Source: Actinomycetota bacterium (lineage in GTDB: Bacteria; Actinomycetota; Acidimicrobiia; Acidimicrobiales; Ilumatobacteraceae). From it: a DNA stretch of 31,154 bases. Positions 1 to 7,709 of this stretch are shown piece by piece. Where the stretch lies: NCBI GenBank assembly GCA_005801025.1, contig SYDZ01000040.1, positions 1-31,154 on the forward strand, in the 5' to 3' direction. The stretch's first letter is position 1; each line of letters starts with the position of its first letter. The notes beneath the pieces are model-generated. The model searched no databases. It was given only the letters and a program-made list of their open reading frames with translations, and had not been told where the DNA came from. The position numbers and the translations under genes were made by a program.

Positions 1-350
1 ACGTCTTTGGTTTAAGTCGCTATGTCAATGAACGAGCAGGTCGCGAGATTATTCCCGTGTCGGTGCTCACAAAACCACCGTCCGCAGAATTGCGTCCCGA
101 TCAGCGTGATGATCAAAGCCTGCCGCCCTATGACATTCTTGATCCGATCCTGGATTTGTATGTTGAGCAAGATCGCACAGCTGCAGAGATCATTGAGTTG
201 GGTCACCCTGAAGACATCGTGCGACGCATAGCGCGTCTCGTTGATCTCAGTGAATACAAACGGCGTCAGGGCGCACCTGGGGTGCGCGTTTCTGAAAAGG
301 CATTCGGTAAAGATCGCCGGCTTCCCATTACGAATGGTTATCGCGGCTAA
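1..350 (+). CDS. nadE: NAD+ synthetase, C-terminal part (5' truncated by window)
   Basis: Frame open from position 3; KPPSAELRPDQRD..LPPYDILD and EYKRRQ..PG..AFGKDRRLPITN are NadE C-terminal motifs. Confidence 0.93.
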   Translation, partial: VFGLSRYVNERAGREIIPVSVLTKPPSAELRPDQRDDQSLPPYDILDPILDLYVEQDRTAAEIIELGHPEDIVRRIARLVDLSEYKRRQGAPGVRVSEKAFGKDRRLPITNGYRG

Positions 351-1552
351 AAAACCGACATTTTGGTTGTTCGGCTGTAAGCCATCATGCACAAGATTGT
401 GCATAAGGCCGAGCAGGCGCCAATGAACGCCGGAACATTGATACCGAATGAGTCATACGTGGCGGTGGCAATAACAGACATGCTGGCCCTACCTAAAGCG
501 CCACCAGCGAGCACGATACCCAGACCGCGAGCGGGCGAATGGGTGATTAGATTTGCTCCGAGGGGCAACAAACTGACAATCGCAAATTCGAATCCGAGCA
601 AGTAAACGCCCAACAAAATCAGCCCAGAAATCAGCTGGTTATGTCCGACCGTGAGAAACAAACCCGCTGGGACAATGAGTCCTGCGCCCAACATTGCGCT
701 ACGTTCTTTACCCCAGAGGTCAGTGCGACGAGCACTGGTGATTGATGCAAAAAGTTCGAAAGCCCCAAGTCCAAAGGCGACTGCAGTTATTGCTGCTTCA
801 GTGAAACCAAATTCGTCGTCAAGCCAAGAACCGAAGGTGACGAACATTGTTTGACTTGCAGCCATCAGAAAAAACATCGCCCCAACAATCCAAAAGCCCC
901 GCGCAGGCATCGGATATTTTTGCGTTTGTTGAATGCGTTGAGAACCTACGACATCATGTCCATCAAGACGCGTGGCGACCACCACCGCCATGAGCGCCAC
1001 ACTGAGCGCGCCGGCGGCGTACCCCCAACGCCACGATGTAGCCGAGGCCACAAGGCCCATCAATGTGACGCCGATGAGTAAACCAAGTGCCCATGATGTT
1101 TCGGTGAGACCGATGACCCGGCCACGTCGTTCGTAGTCCACATGGTCATTCACCCAAGCAGTGAGTCCCATATCAAAAATAAATTTGCAGATGCCGAGTA
1201 GCAAGATGCCGATCATGAAGACCCACAGCGATGGACTCGCGGCTGCTAAAGCGGTTGCTCCTGAAAGTCCGATCAGACCACCTGCCATGGCAGCGCGACG
1301 ATGGACGCGGTCTACATACGAGCCAAGAATGGGAGCAATGGCCATTGTGATCTCGGTGAACATCAGGGCTAAACCAAGACGCGACAAACTGATATTGAAG
1401 TCGTTTGAAATACTCGCTAAAAATGGAGGAGCGAAGCGAAAGCAACCATTCGTAGTCATTCGGGCAATGGTCAAAGTGCCGACGTGACGACGAGTCTCTA
1501 GGGAATAGGAATCGTCAAGAAAGCGATCAACGAGTCGCCGCTGAGTGCTCAT
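347..1552 (-). CDS. MFS transporter, substrate unknown
   Basis: 401 aa with about 12 hydrophobic segments by eye; MFS motif-A-like GSYVDRVHRR and ERRGRVIG loops. Confidence 0.85.
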   Translation of the reverse strand: MSTQRRLVDRFLDDSYSLETRRHVGTLTIARMTTNGCFRFAPPFLASISNDFNISLSRLGLALMFTEITMAIAPILGSYVDRVHRRAAMAGGLIGLSGATALAAASPSLWVFMIGILLLGICKFIFDMGLTAWVNDHVDYERRGRVIGLTETSWALGLLIGVTLMGLVASATSWRWGYAAGALSVALMAVVVATRLDGHDVVGSQRIQQTQKYPMPARGFWIVGAMFFLMAASQTMFVTFGSWLDDEFGFTEAAITAVAFGLGAFELFASITSARRTDLWGKERSAMLGAGLIVPAGLFLTVGHNQLISGLILLGVYLLGFEFAIVSLLPLGANLITHSPARGLGIVLAGGALGRASMSVIATATYDSFGINVPAFIGACSALCTILCMMAYSRTTKMSVF

Positions 1553-2169
1553 TCAACGGCGCCGTTGTCGCGCAGATCATCGGCGATGAGTTGAAGCGGA
1601 TAGAGCAATGAGCCGAGGTGCCATCCGCTGGATTCATTGTGCTCAAACCATGATCCCGACAAGTTGGGGAAGCGTTGATCCAGCCCGCCGAGATGGGCAC
1701 GCAATAATCGCAGCACTCCGCCGTGAGAAATCACCAAGATGCACTTGCCACGATTTTCTTCGGCGATCGCATGAAGCGCAGCGCTGACGCGCTGGTTGGT
1801 CGATTCTTCGGTTTCAAAATGCGGCGGGCGACGTCCACTTTCGAGGTAGCCAGGCCACTGCACGTGAATCTCGTCAGGGGTCAGACCCTGCCATTCACCA
1901 GCATCATTTTCTTGCCACCTGTTATCAACATGCACTGTTGGTACACCGAGTATCTGGGCGATTGTTTGGCCTGTGAGGTGTGCTCGCTCAAGGTTGCTAG
2001 TGATCACGAGATCAAAGGGAGGACATTGCGTGCCGAGTAAGCCTGCGGCGTCGGCGGCTTGCTGGATTCCAAGGATCGTGAGGGGCGGATTTGCTTGGCC
2101 TTGCCAACGCCCGAGAGCGTTCCATTCACTCTGTCCATGTCGCAGTACAAGTACACGGGTATTCGTCAT
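1549..2169 (-). CDS. Histidine phosphatase (phosphoglycerate mutase-like) family protein
   Basis: LRHGQSEWN (RHG motif) and ISHGG; start moved to the ATG at 2169 because the longer ORF runs antisense into the MoaD-like gene. Confidence 0.88.
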   Translation of the reverse strand: MTNTRVLVLRHGQSEWNALGRWQGQANPPLTILGIQQAADAAGLLGTQCPPFDLVITSNLERAHLTGQTIAQILGVPTVHVDNRWQENDAGEWQGLTPDEIHVQWPGYLESGRRPPHFETEESTNQRVSAALHAIAEENRGKCILVISHGGVLRLLRAHLGGLDQRFPNLSGSWFEHNESSGWHLGSLLYPLQLIADDLRDNGAVE

Positions 2170-2208
2170 CGCAACTTGTTGAGGCACGACCAATGAGGGT
2201 AGTGCGGG

Positions 2209-2214
2209 TACGCT
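2209..2214 (+). promoter_or_regulatory. -10 element TACGCT, leaderless-type, for the MoaD/ThiS gene
   Basis: TANNNT hexamer 7 nt before GTG 2222; no SD. Confidence 0.55.
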
Positions 2215-2221
2215 CTGACGA

Positions 2222-2464
2222 GTGGCAACTCTGCGTCTATTCGCCCGAGCCCGTGAAGTGGCCGGCACATCAAGCGATACTGTGGCAGGGTCAACGGTTG
2301 ACGAGGTCATCGCCGGCGCTGTCCAACGCTATGGACAGTCCTTTGCTGACTTAGTGCCGACGTGTCGAATTTGGTTAAACGGAGAATCGGTACCTGGTTT
2401 GACAGCCGTGGGCGACAATGATGAGGTAGCGGTACTGCCACCCGTCTCTGGAGGAAGTTCATGA
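2222..2464 (+). CDS. MoaD/ThiS-family ubiquitin-like protein ending GGSS
   Basis: 80 aa; LRLFA..RE start and DEVAVLPPVSGG followed by two extra Ser. Confidence 0.85.
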   Translation: MATLRLFARAREVAGTSSDTVAGSTVDEVIAGAVQRYGQSFADLVPTCRIWLNGESVPGLTAVGDNDEVAVLPPVSGGSS

Positions 2465-2964
2465 ATCAGACAGCGAATCCATCAGGCGATCCAGCCTCGT
2501 TGTCCCTGCCAGATCTCCGCGCCGAGCGCGATGCCTTGCGCCAGCAAGAAGATGCTGTCTCGTTCGTTCGTCGGCTAGCCCAAGGTCGTCTTGATTTAGT
2601 GACTGCCGTGAAGCGTCACAGGGCGGATGGAGGTGGATCTGTCTCAGTTGCTGAGATCGTGCGTTCTGGAGTGGGCCCTGCACCCAGTACTGGTTCAGCG
2701 CGTCCACCGCGTGACACCGAGGTCAGTGCCGATCATCCCTTGCTGGCTGAATTTGATGTGTTGTGCGACAGTTTGGGCTTTGACAATATGGCTGACCTTG
2801 ATGACTTGGGTCTGACCTCATTGGAAAATGGGATACAGGTTTTTGAGTCGGCGCAGTCTGAGTTGCGCCGCCAGTTATTTAATCGAATTGACGCTTTAAC
2901 GGCGGAATTGGTGCGTCGCTACCGCGATGGAGATGCCTCCGTGGACACTTTGTTACAAAACTGA
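2461..2964 (+). CDS. RsiG/AmfC-like anti-sigma factor homolog (putative c-di-GMP-binding)
   Basis: EDAVSFVRRLAQGRLD matches E-x3-S-x2-R-x3-Q-x3-D exactly; second degenerate copy ESAQSELRRQLFNRID; ends ELVRRYRDG..VD.LL. Confidence 0.75.
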   Translation: MNQTANPSGDPASLSLPDLRAERDALRQQEDAVSFVRRLAQGRLDLVTAVKRHRADGGGSVSVAEIVRSGVGPAPSTGSARPPRDTEVSADHPLLAEFDVLCDSLGFDNMADLDDLGLTSLENGIQVFESAQSELRRQLFNRIDALTAELVRRYRDGDASVDTLLQN

Positions 2965-3024
2965 CGCAGTTCTTGAAGGCTCGTTCAGTCAAAGGTTAAA
3001 GATCAGCGATAGTTTCCAAAGTTG

Positions 3025-4236
3025 ATGACGCGCGTAGCCATGCTCTCTTTGCACACCTCGCCTTTGGCTCAGCCAGGGGTTGGGGATTCGGGCGGGATGA
3101 ATGTGTACGTCCGCGAACTCGTTGCGGGTCTGGCCCACGCCGGCGTTGAAGTCACCACGTATACCCGTGAGTGGCGCGTTGGTTTGCCCCGAGAAATCTT
3201 GGTTGAGCCTAATCATCGAGTGATTCATATTCCTGCTGGTCAATTCGCTTTACCCAAAGAAGAACTTGAGTCTCTTGTTCCGACGTTCACCGATTTGGTA
3301 CTCGACGACATTCGCAGAAATCACCCAGTTGATGTTGTGCATGCAAATTATTGGTTATCAGGCTTATCTGGGCACGCGCTCAAACACGAATTAGATGTCC
3401 CACTGGTGACGACTTTTCATACCTTGGCTCGAGTCAAAGCCGAAGGTGGTGATCCCGAAACTGAACGTCGTGAAAGAGCCGAAGCCCAAATCATTGGTTG
3501 TGCTGATGCGATTTGTGTGAGTTGCGATGAAGAAGAAGATCAGTTTCGTCGTCTGTATGGCAACCCGCCAGGTGTTTTAGAAATCGTTGCGCCAGGTGTT
3601 GAACATGCCTTCTTCACACCTGGCGATAAGCGCGGTGCTCGTGCGGCACTCGCAATGGGTGACGGACCAGTGTTGTTATTCGTCGGACGTATTCAGCCCC
3701 TCAAGGGAGTTGATGTCGCCGTTCGCGCTTTAGCTGCTCTTGGTCGTCGCGATGCGCAGTTATACGTCGTTGGTGGAGCGAGTGGTTCGCACGGCGACAC
3801 AGAAGTGCTTCGCGTCCAAGCACTGATCGCTGAATTAGGTTTGACTCGCCAGGTGCACTTCATTGAAGCGCAAGCGCACCACATGTTGTCAACGTATTAC
3901 CGCGCCGCCGACGCTGTTTGGGTCCCGAGTCGTTCAGAAAGTTTTGGGCTTGTGGCCCTTGAAGCCGCTGCATGTGGCACTCCTGTCATTGCCAACGCTG
4001 TCGGTGGTTTGTTATCGCTTGTTGATCACGGCCGCACTGGCTATCTCGTTGCTGATCGTGATCCTGAAGTTTTCGCTAAATACACTGCAGAAATCCTTGA
4101 TCATCCTGCTCTCGCCACCGCGATGGGCATTGCGGCGGCTGACCGCGGTCGCCGTTATACATGGAGTTTTGCCGCAGCACGTTTACGTCGGGTGTACACA
4201 GATATCACCTCTCGCTCACTCGTGAACTGCTCGTGA
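3025..4236 (+). CDS. mshA: D-inositol-3-phosphate glycosyltransferase (mycothiol synthesis), GT4
   Basis: HTSPLAQPGVGDSGGMNVYV, VHANYWLSG, GRIQPLKG, SESFGLVALEA; followed by a YbjN gene as in other actinobacteria; alternative TTG start at 3022. Confidence 0.85.
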   Translation: MTRVAMLSLHTSPLAQPGVGDSGGMNVYVRELVAGLAHAGVEVTTYTREWRVGLPREILVEPNHRVIHIPAGQFALPKEELESLVPTFTDLVLDDIRRNHPVDVVHANYWLSGLSGHALKHELDVPLVTTFHTLARVKAEGGDPETERRERAEAQIIGCADAICVSCDEEEDQFRRLYGNPPGVLEIVAPGVEHAFFTPGDKRGARAALAMGDGPVLLFVGRIQPLKGVDVAVRALAALGRRDAQLYVVGGASGSHGDTEVLRVQALIAELGLTRQVHFIEAQAHHMLSTYYRAADAVWVPSRSESFGLVALEAAACGTPVIANAVGGLLSLVDHGRTGYLVADRDPEVFAKYTAEILDHPALATAMGIAAADRGRRYTWSFAAARLRRVYTDITSRSLVNCS

Positions 4237-4703
4237 GTGATCTCTTTGATGACGGTTCTTTGGCGATCTTTGAACGCCAAATTGATGAATGGTTAGCGAA
4301 ACTAAAATCTGTCAATGAAACAATCTTGGCCATTGATCATGGAGATCCTGATCCTGTATATCGCTCCCGTTGGTATGTACGCATGAAGGGTGAGACCAAG
4401 GACTACATCACCGTGTGGCTGACTCTCGGGCAGCGTACATTGCGTTATGAAACGTATGTTCTTCCCGCTCCCGAAGAGAACATCGCTGAATTCAATGAGA
4501 ACTTATTACGTCGCAATGACAAATTGATCGGAGCCCATTTTTCAGTGGGACTTGAAGACGCTGTGTACCTCCGTGGCGAGTTGCCAGTGATTGGATTGGT
4601 GGAGTCCGAAGTGGACCGTGTTGTTGGTTCGCTATATGCCTATGTTGAGCAGTGTTTTCGACCACTGCTGGCTATCGGCTTTGCCTCACGCTTTGCGAAC
4701 TAG
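4233..4703 (+). CDS. YbjN-domain protein (T3SS chaperone-like fold)
   Basis: GTG start overlapping the mshA stop (GTGA); RWYVRMKGE.K..ITVWLTLGQRTL; position after mshA. Confidence 0.7.
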   Translation: MSDLFDDGSLAIFERQIDEWLAKLKSVNETILAIDHGDPDPVYRSRWYVRMKGETKDYITVWLTLGQRTLRYETYVLPAPEENIAEFNENLLRRNDKLIGAHFSVGLEDAVYLRGELPVIGLVESEVDRVVGSLYAYVEQCFRPLLAIGFASRFAN

Positions 4704-4799
4704 TTAAATCTCTCGCCCTTTGTCGGCGAACGAGACCCACAGTGCAGTGGTCTTGCCGACTGTGATTGGGAAGTCGCATCGGCGAGGCCTCCACAGCGT

Positions 4800-4805
4800 T
4801 AGCGT
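4800..4805 (+). promoter_or_regulatory. -10 element TAGCGT, leaderless-type, for proC
   Basis: TANNNT 6 nt before ATG 4812. Confidence 0.55.
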
Positions 4806-4811
4806 GACAGT

Positions 4812-5615
4812 ATGGGTACTTCTGATTCGGCAATTTTGGCCATCGTCGGTGGCGGAAATATGGGAGCGGCACTGGCTGGCGGTTTGTTGTCATCAGGCTT
4901 CATCACCACTAACGATCTGATCATCGTTGAGGTCCTTGAGGCTCGTCGCCAACATTTGGCGCATCTTTTCCCAGGTGTCACAATTTCGGCCACGATCGGA
5001 CCATGTGGTTCAGCCGTCATCGCCGTGAAACCCCCAGATGTGCCAGCCGCCGCTCAGGCGTGCGTTGGGGCTGGAGCAATAAGGGTTTTGTCGATTGCTG
5101 CTGGAGTCACATTGAAAACCCTTGAGTCGGCGTGTGGTGCTGGAGTGGCAGTTGTCCGAGCGATGCCCAACACGCCTGCCCTTGTGGGACAGGGGGCTTC
5201 AGGAATTGCCGGCGGCACACATACCACCCAGGCCGATTTGGAGTGGGCACGAGCAGTTTTAGGGTCGGTGGGCATCGTCGTCACTGTGCCTGAGGCGCAA
5301 TTAGATGCTGTGACCGGACTCGTCGGCAGTGGTCCCGCATATCTCTTCTTGGTGGCTGAGGCTTTGATGGATGCTGGGGTCGCTGAAGGTTTGCCGCGTG
5401 ACACCGTTGATGTATTGATTCGTCAATTGTTCGTCGGATCTGCGGCTTTGCTGGCTCAGGGGCAGGATCCCAAGGATTTACGTGCCAGTGTGACGTCACC
5501 TGGGGGTACAACCGCGGCGGGGATTGCACTCCTTGAGGCACAAGCCATTCGGACTGCTTTTGCTGAGGCTGTTCGCGCCGCCACAGAGCGAAGTCGCCAA
5601 CTCGGTGGTCAGTAA
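4812..5615 (+). CDS. proC: Pyrroline-5-carboxylate reductase
   Basis: GGGNMG, SIAAGV, RAMPNTP, GSGPAY, VTSPGGTT. Confidence 0.96.
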   Translation: MGTSDSAILAIVGGGNMGAALAGGLLSSGFITTNDLIIVEVLEARRQHLAHLFPGVTISATIGPCGSAVIAVKPPDVPAAAQACVGAGAIRVLSIAAGVTLKTLESACGAGVAVVRAMPNTPALVGQGASGIAGGTHTTQADLEWARAVLGSVGIVVTVPEAQLDAVTGLVGSGPAYLFLVAEALMDAGVAEGLPRDTVDVLIRQLFVGSAALLAQGQDPKDLRASVTSPGGTTAAGIALLEAQAIRTAFAEAVRAATERSRQLGGQ

Positions 5616-5674
5616 CGCACTTTTAGTGTGTTTTACCCCGTTTTCGGGCAGATAATAAATTTCACTTTTTCACT

Positions 5675-5703
5675 TTCAAAGTTGGTGCGCCTGTGCCTAG
5701 GGT
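5675..5703 (+). promoter_or_regulatory. Housekeeping-sigma promoter (TTCAAA-N17-TAGGGT) upstream of the candidate RNA
   Basis: -35-like hexamer 5675-5680, 17-bp spacer, TANNNT 5698-5703, AT-rich tract upstream. Confidence 0.5.
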
Positions 5704-5708
5704 ATGTC

Positions 5709-5810
5709 ACAGGTCACATGACCGCTAGCTGAAGGTTGGCTAGGGACGCGCCCGCAAGGGCAGCGCCGATAGGGCTGGTGCCAGCGGGGGGTTGGTACCA
5801 GCCCCGTCGC
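5709..5810 (+). ncRNA. Candidate structured RNA with four consecutive hairpins, family not recognised
   Basis: Hairpins 5712-5723, 5725-5743, 5744-5767 (GCAA GNRA tetraloop) and 5772-5804 (12-bp stem, G-rich loop); G-U pairs and the GNRA loop favour the plus strand. Confidence 0.55.
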
Positions 5811-5857
5811 ATTTCTCGGGTCTGTTGTTGTTTGGTGACTTGAGTCAATTTCACTGC

Positions 5858-5863
5858 CACACT
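5858..5863 (+). promoter_or_regulatory. Possible -10 element CACACT, leaderless-type, for the SAM hydrolase gene
   Basis: CANNNT variant 7 nt before GTG 5871; no SD. Confidence 0.35.
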
Positions 5864-5870
5864 GTGAAGC

Positions 5871-6734
5871 GTGAGTCGTACCTATGAGACCGTGTCATTC
5901 ATTTCTGACTTTGGTTATGAGTCAGAACATGTGGGCGTCGTCAAAGCAGTACTCCGTGAGTCGGCTCCGCAAGTCGTTGTGATTGATCTCACGCATGGCA
6001 TTTCTCCGTTTGATGTTCGCAGCGCTTCGTTGTCGCTAGCGCGCGCTGTTCCGTATCTGACGCAAGGCATTGTGATTGCTGCGGTAGATCCAGGCGCGGG
6101 AACACGACGTCGTTTAGTGGCTGTCGAGGTTGCCGGTGGTGCTGGAATTTTTCTCGGTCCTGATAACGGTTTATTAGCACCTGGGGTGGCTTTAGTTGGT
6201 GGTGCTGAGCGCGCTGTCATTCTTGACAAAGAAGAACATCATCTTGTTGCTCCCGGATCAACGTTCGCAGCGCGTGATGTTTTTGCGCCGATCGCCGCCA
6301 TGTTGTGCAACGGTATTGATTTATACGAGGTTGGAACGCAAGTTGACCCCGCTGCATTGTTGCCAGGTATCGTGCCGATTCCACGTGATGAGAATGGCAC
6401 ACTTGAGTGTGAAGTTATTTGGGTTGACCGTTTCGGCAATTGTCAGTTAAATGTCAGCCTTGATGATTTAGAAACAGCGTGGAATACCAAAGTTGATCGT
6501 GTCCGCGTGGGCTTCGGTGAGAATATTCGCAATTTCGCAATTTCAACATCCTTTGCTGATCTCGGCCAAGGTGCAACTGGATTGGTGATTGATTCGTCAG
6601 GTCTGTTGTGTCTCGCCATTGATCGTTCATCAGCAGCGAAAGAGTTATCTTTGGGCGAAGGTGAGCAGGTTTCATTGCAGCCTGGTGCAACGGAGCCAGG
6701 GGCATCAACCCCGATTTCGTTGAGGAATAAGTAG
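5871..6734 (+). CDS. SAM-dependent chlorinase/fluorinase family (DUF62, SAM hydroxide adenosyltransferase-like)
   Basis: FISDFG, IDLTHGI.PFDV, AAVDPGAGT.RR, GPDNGLL, TFAARDVFAP, VDRFGN. Confidence 0.9.
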   Translation: MSRTYETVSFISDFGYESEHVGVVKAVLRESAPQVVVIDLTHGISPFDVRSASLSLARAVPYLTQGIVIAAVDPGAGTRRRLVAVEVAGGAGIFLGPDNGLLAPGVALVGGAERAVILDKEEHHLVAPGSTFAARDVFAPIAAMLCNGIDLYEVGTQVDPAALLPGIVPIPRDENGTLECEVIWVDRFGNCQLNVSLDDLETAWNTKVDRVRVGFGENIRNFAISTSFADLGQGATGLVIDSSGLLCLAIDRSSAAKELSLGEGEQVSLQPGATEPGASTPISLRNK

Positions 6735-6746
6735 CTTTTCGACAAC

Positions 6747-6752
6747 TAGGAT
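6747..6752 (+). promoter_or_regulatory. -10 element TAGGAT, leaderless-type, for the 27-aa ORF
   Basis: TANNNT 6 nt before ATG 6759. Confidence 0.5.
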
Positions 6753-6758
6753 AAACGC

Positions 6759-6842
6759 ATGCGACCAGCAACAACTTTGACCACAGTTCTTTTACTCGCA
6801 GGGATTCTTTTGGCTGGGGTTTTATCCCTCTTGCGTTTGTAA
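6759..6842 (+). CDS. Putative 27-aa single-pass membrane microprotein MRPATTLTTVLLLAGILLAGVLSLLRL
   Basis: Translated by hand (below the ORF-track size cutoff); ATG, uninterrupted hydrophobic helix, TAA 6840-6842, -10 hexamer at leaderless spacing. Confidence 0.6.
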   Translation: MRPATTLTTVLLLAGILLAGVLSLLRL

Positions 6843-7592
6843 GTCCACTAATTTTCGCCACGATCCATCTGCCCTTGCTGCGGAGACTAGAAAGCCGGCG
6901 AAGAGCACAACGATGCCGAGTAATAAGGTGATTGCGAAAGCGCGATCCTCACCGAGGCGACCAGCCAAAGTGCCACTCGCTGAAAGAATGATTGTCCCCG
7001 CAGCGATCAAAGTATTGCTGGTCACGTGACGACGTGTATTCGTGATCTGCCGTTGTGCTTGCCCAACAGCAGGGACGCGACCTCGTATCACTCTGACGAT
7101 TGACCACAAGGCGCCACCGATAATCAATGTTGCGGCTACGCCTGAGCCAACTGCGGCGAAGACTCGCGGAGCGACACCAAAAATTTCACTTCCCTGTGGC
7201 AATGCGCCGCCACCGACATCGGTACTGATCAATTGATCGCGTTTGGTGGGAGCTACCAGCATCACTCCCACGGCAGCACCAGATAATCCAATCAGCCAGG
7301 TCTTGACGATCTTGCCGACTTTTGTTCCGAACAAGAGATAGACCGTTCCAAGCGCCAGCCACGGCACATTGAGTATGGCTCCTGCTAAAAAGAAAACTCG
7401 AAATGAAGACAGGCTCCAACCGCGTGCCTCGGCCCACCATAAGGCCAGTGATCCCACAGCAAACAAGAGCAATGAAAAACTCCACGCTCCATCGTGAGGA
7501 CGGCGACGTTGCAACCAGCGATCAAAAGTCGAGATGCTGAAAGCCAGCGCTACGAGAGTGGCAGCGGCAGCGAGGGCGGCGTTCAACGTCAC
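6822..7592 (-). CDS. Uncharacterised polytopic membrane protein (about 6-7 TM)
   Basis: 256 aa with repeated hydrophobic helices; divergent from rex. Confidence 0.75.
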   Translation of the reverse strand: MTLNAALAAAATLVALAFSISTFDRWLQRRRPHDGAWSFSLLLFAVGSLALWWAEARGWSLSSFRVFFLAGAILNVPWLALGTVYLLFGTKVGKIVKTWLIGLSGAAVGVMLVAPTKRDQLISTDVGGGALPQGSEIFGVAPRVFAAVGSGVAATLIIGGALWSIVRVIRGRVPAVGQAQRQITNTRRHVTSNTLIAAGTIILSASGTLAGRLGEDRAFAITLLLGIVVLFAGFLVSAARADGSWRKLVDLQTQEG

Positions 7593-7598
7593 GATGCG

Positions 7599-7604
7599 AG
7601 GCTA
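7599..7604 (-). promoter_or_regulatory. -10 element TAGCCT, leaderless-type, for the polytopic membrane gene
   Basis: TANNNT 6 nt before GTG 7592 on the minus strand. Confidence 0.5.
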
Positions 7605-7697
7605 GAGCCACGACGGCCAAGTACCTGCGGTGACCGATGACCATTGGCGCGGGTCTGTGTCACGCTGTGGGACTTCTCGCTGACGGACGATCAGGCG

Positions 7698-7703
7698 TAA
7701 CTT
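7698..7703 (+). promoter_or_regulatory. -10 element TAACTT, leaderless-type, for rex
   Basis: TANNNT 6 nt before ATG 7710. Confidence 0.55.
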
Positions 7704-7709
7704 TTTTTC

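Noticed and set aside
5704-5732. Overlapping mini-ORFs MSQVT and MTAS
   Set aside because: Too short, no SD, and not at leaderless spacing from the -10; better explained as part of the structured RNA
5772-5804. 6C RNA on the minus strand (CCCCCC loop)
   Set aside because: 6C RNA has two C-rich hairpin loops and only one is present; G-U pairs and the GNRA loop favour the plus strand
5871-6734. Halogenase (fluorinase or chlorinase) activity
   Set aside because: Most DUF62 members are SAM hydrolases, there is no secondary-metabolite context, and specificity cannot be read from the sequence by eye
6822-7592. Rhodopsin or heliorhodopsin because of about 7 TM helices
   Set aside because: No Lys in the last helix and no recognisable retinal-pocket motifs
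7655-7682. Rex auto-operator upstream of rex (CTGTGGGACTTCTCGCTG)
   Set aside because: Only about half of the consensus positions match and it is not palindromic
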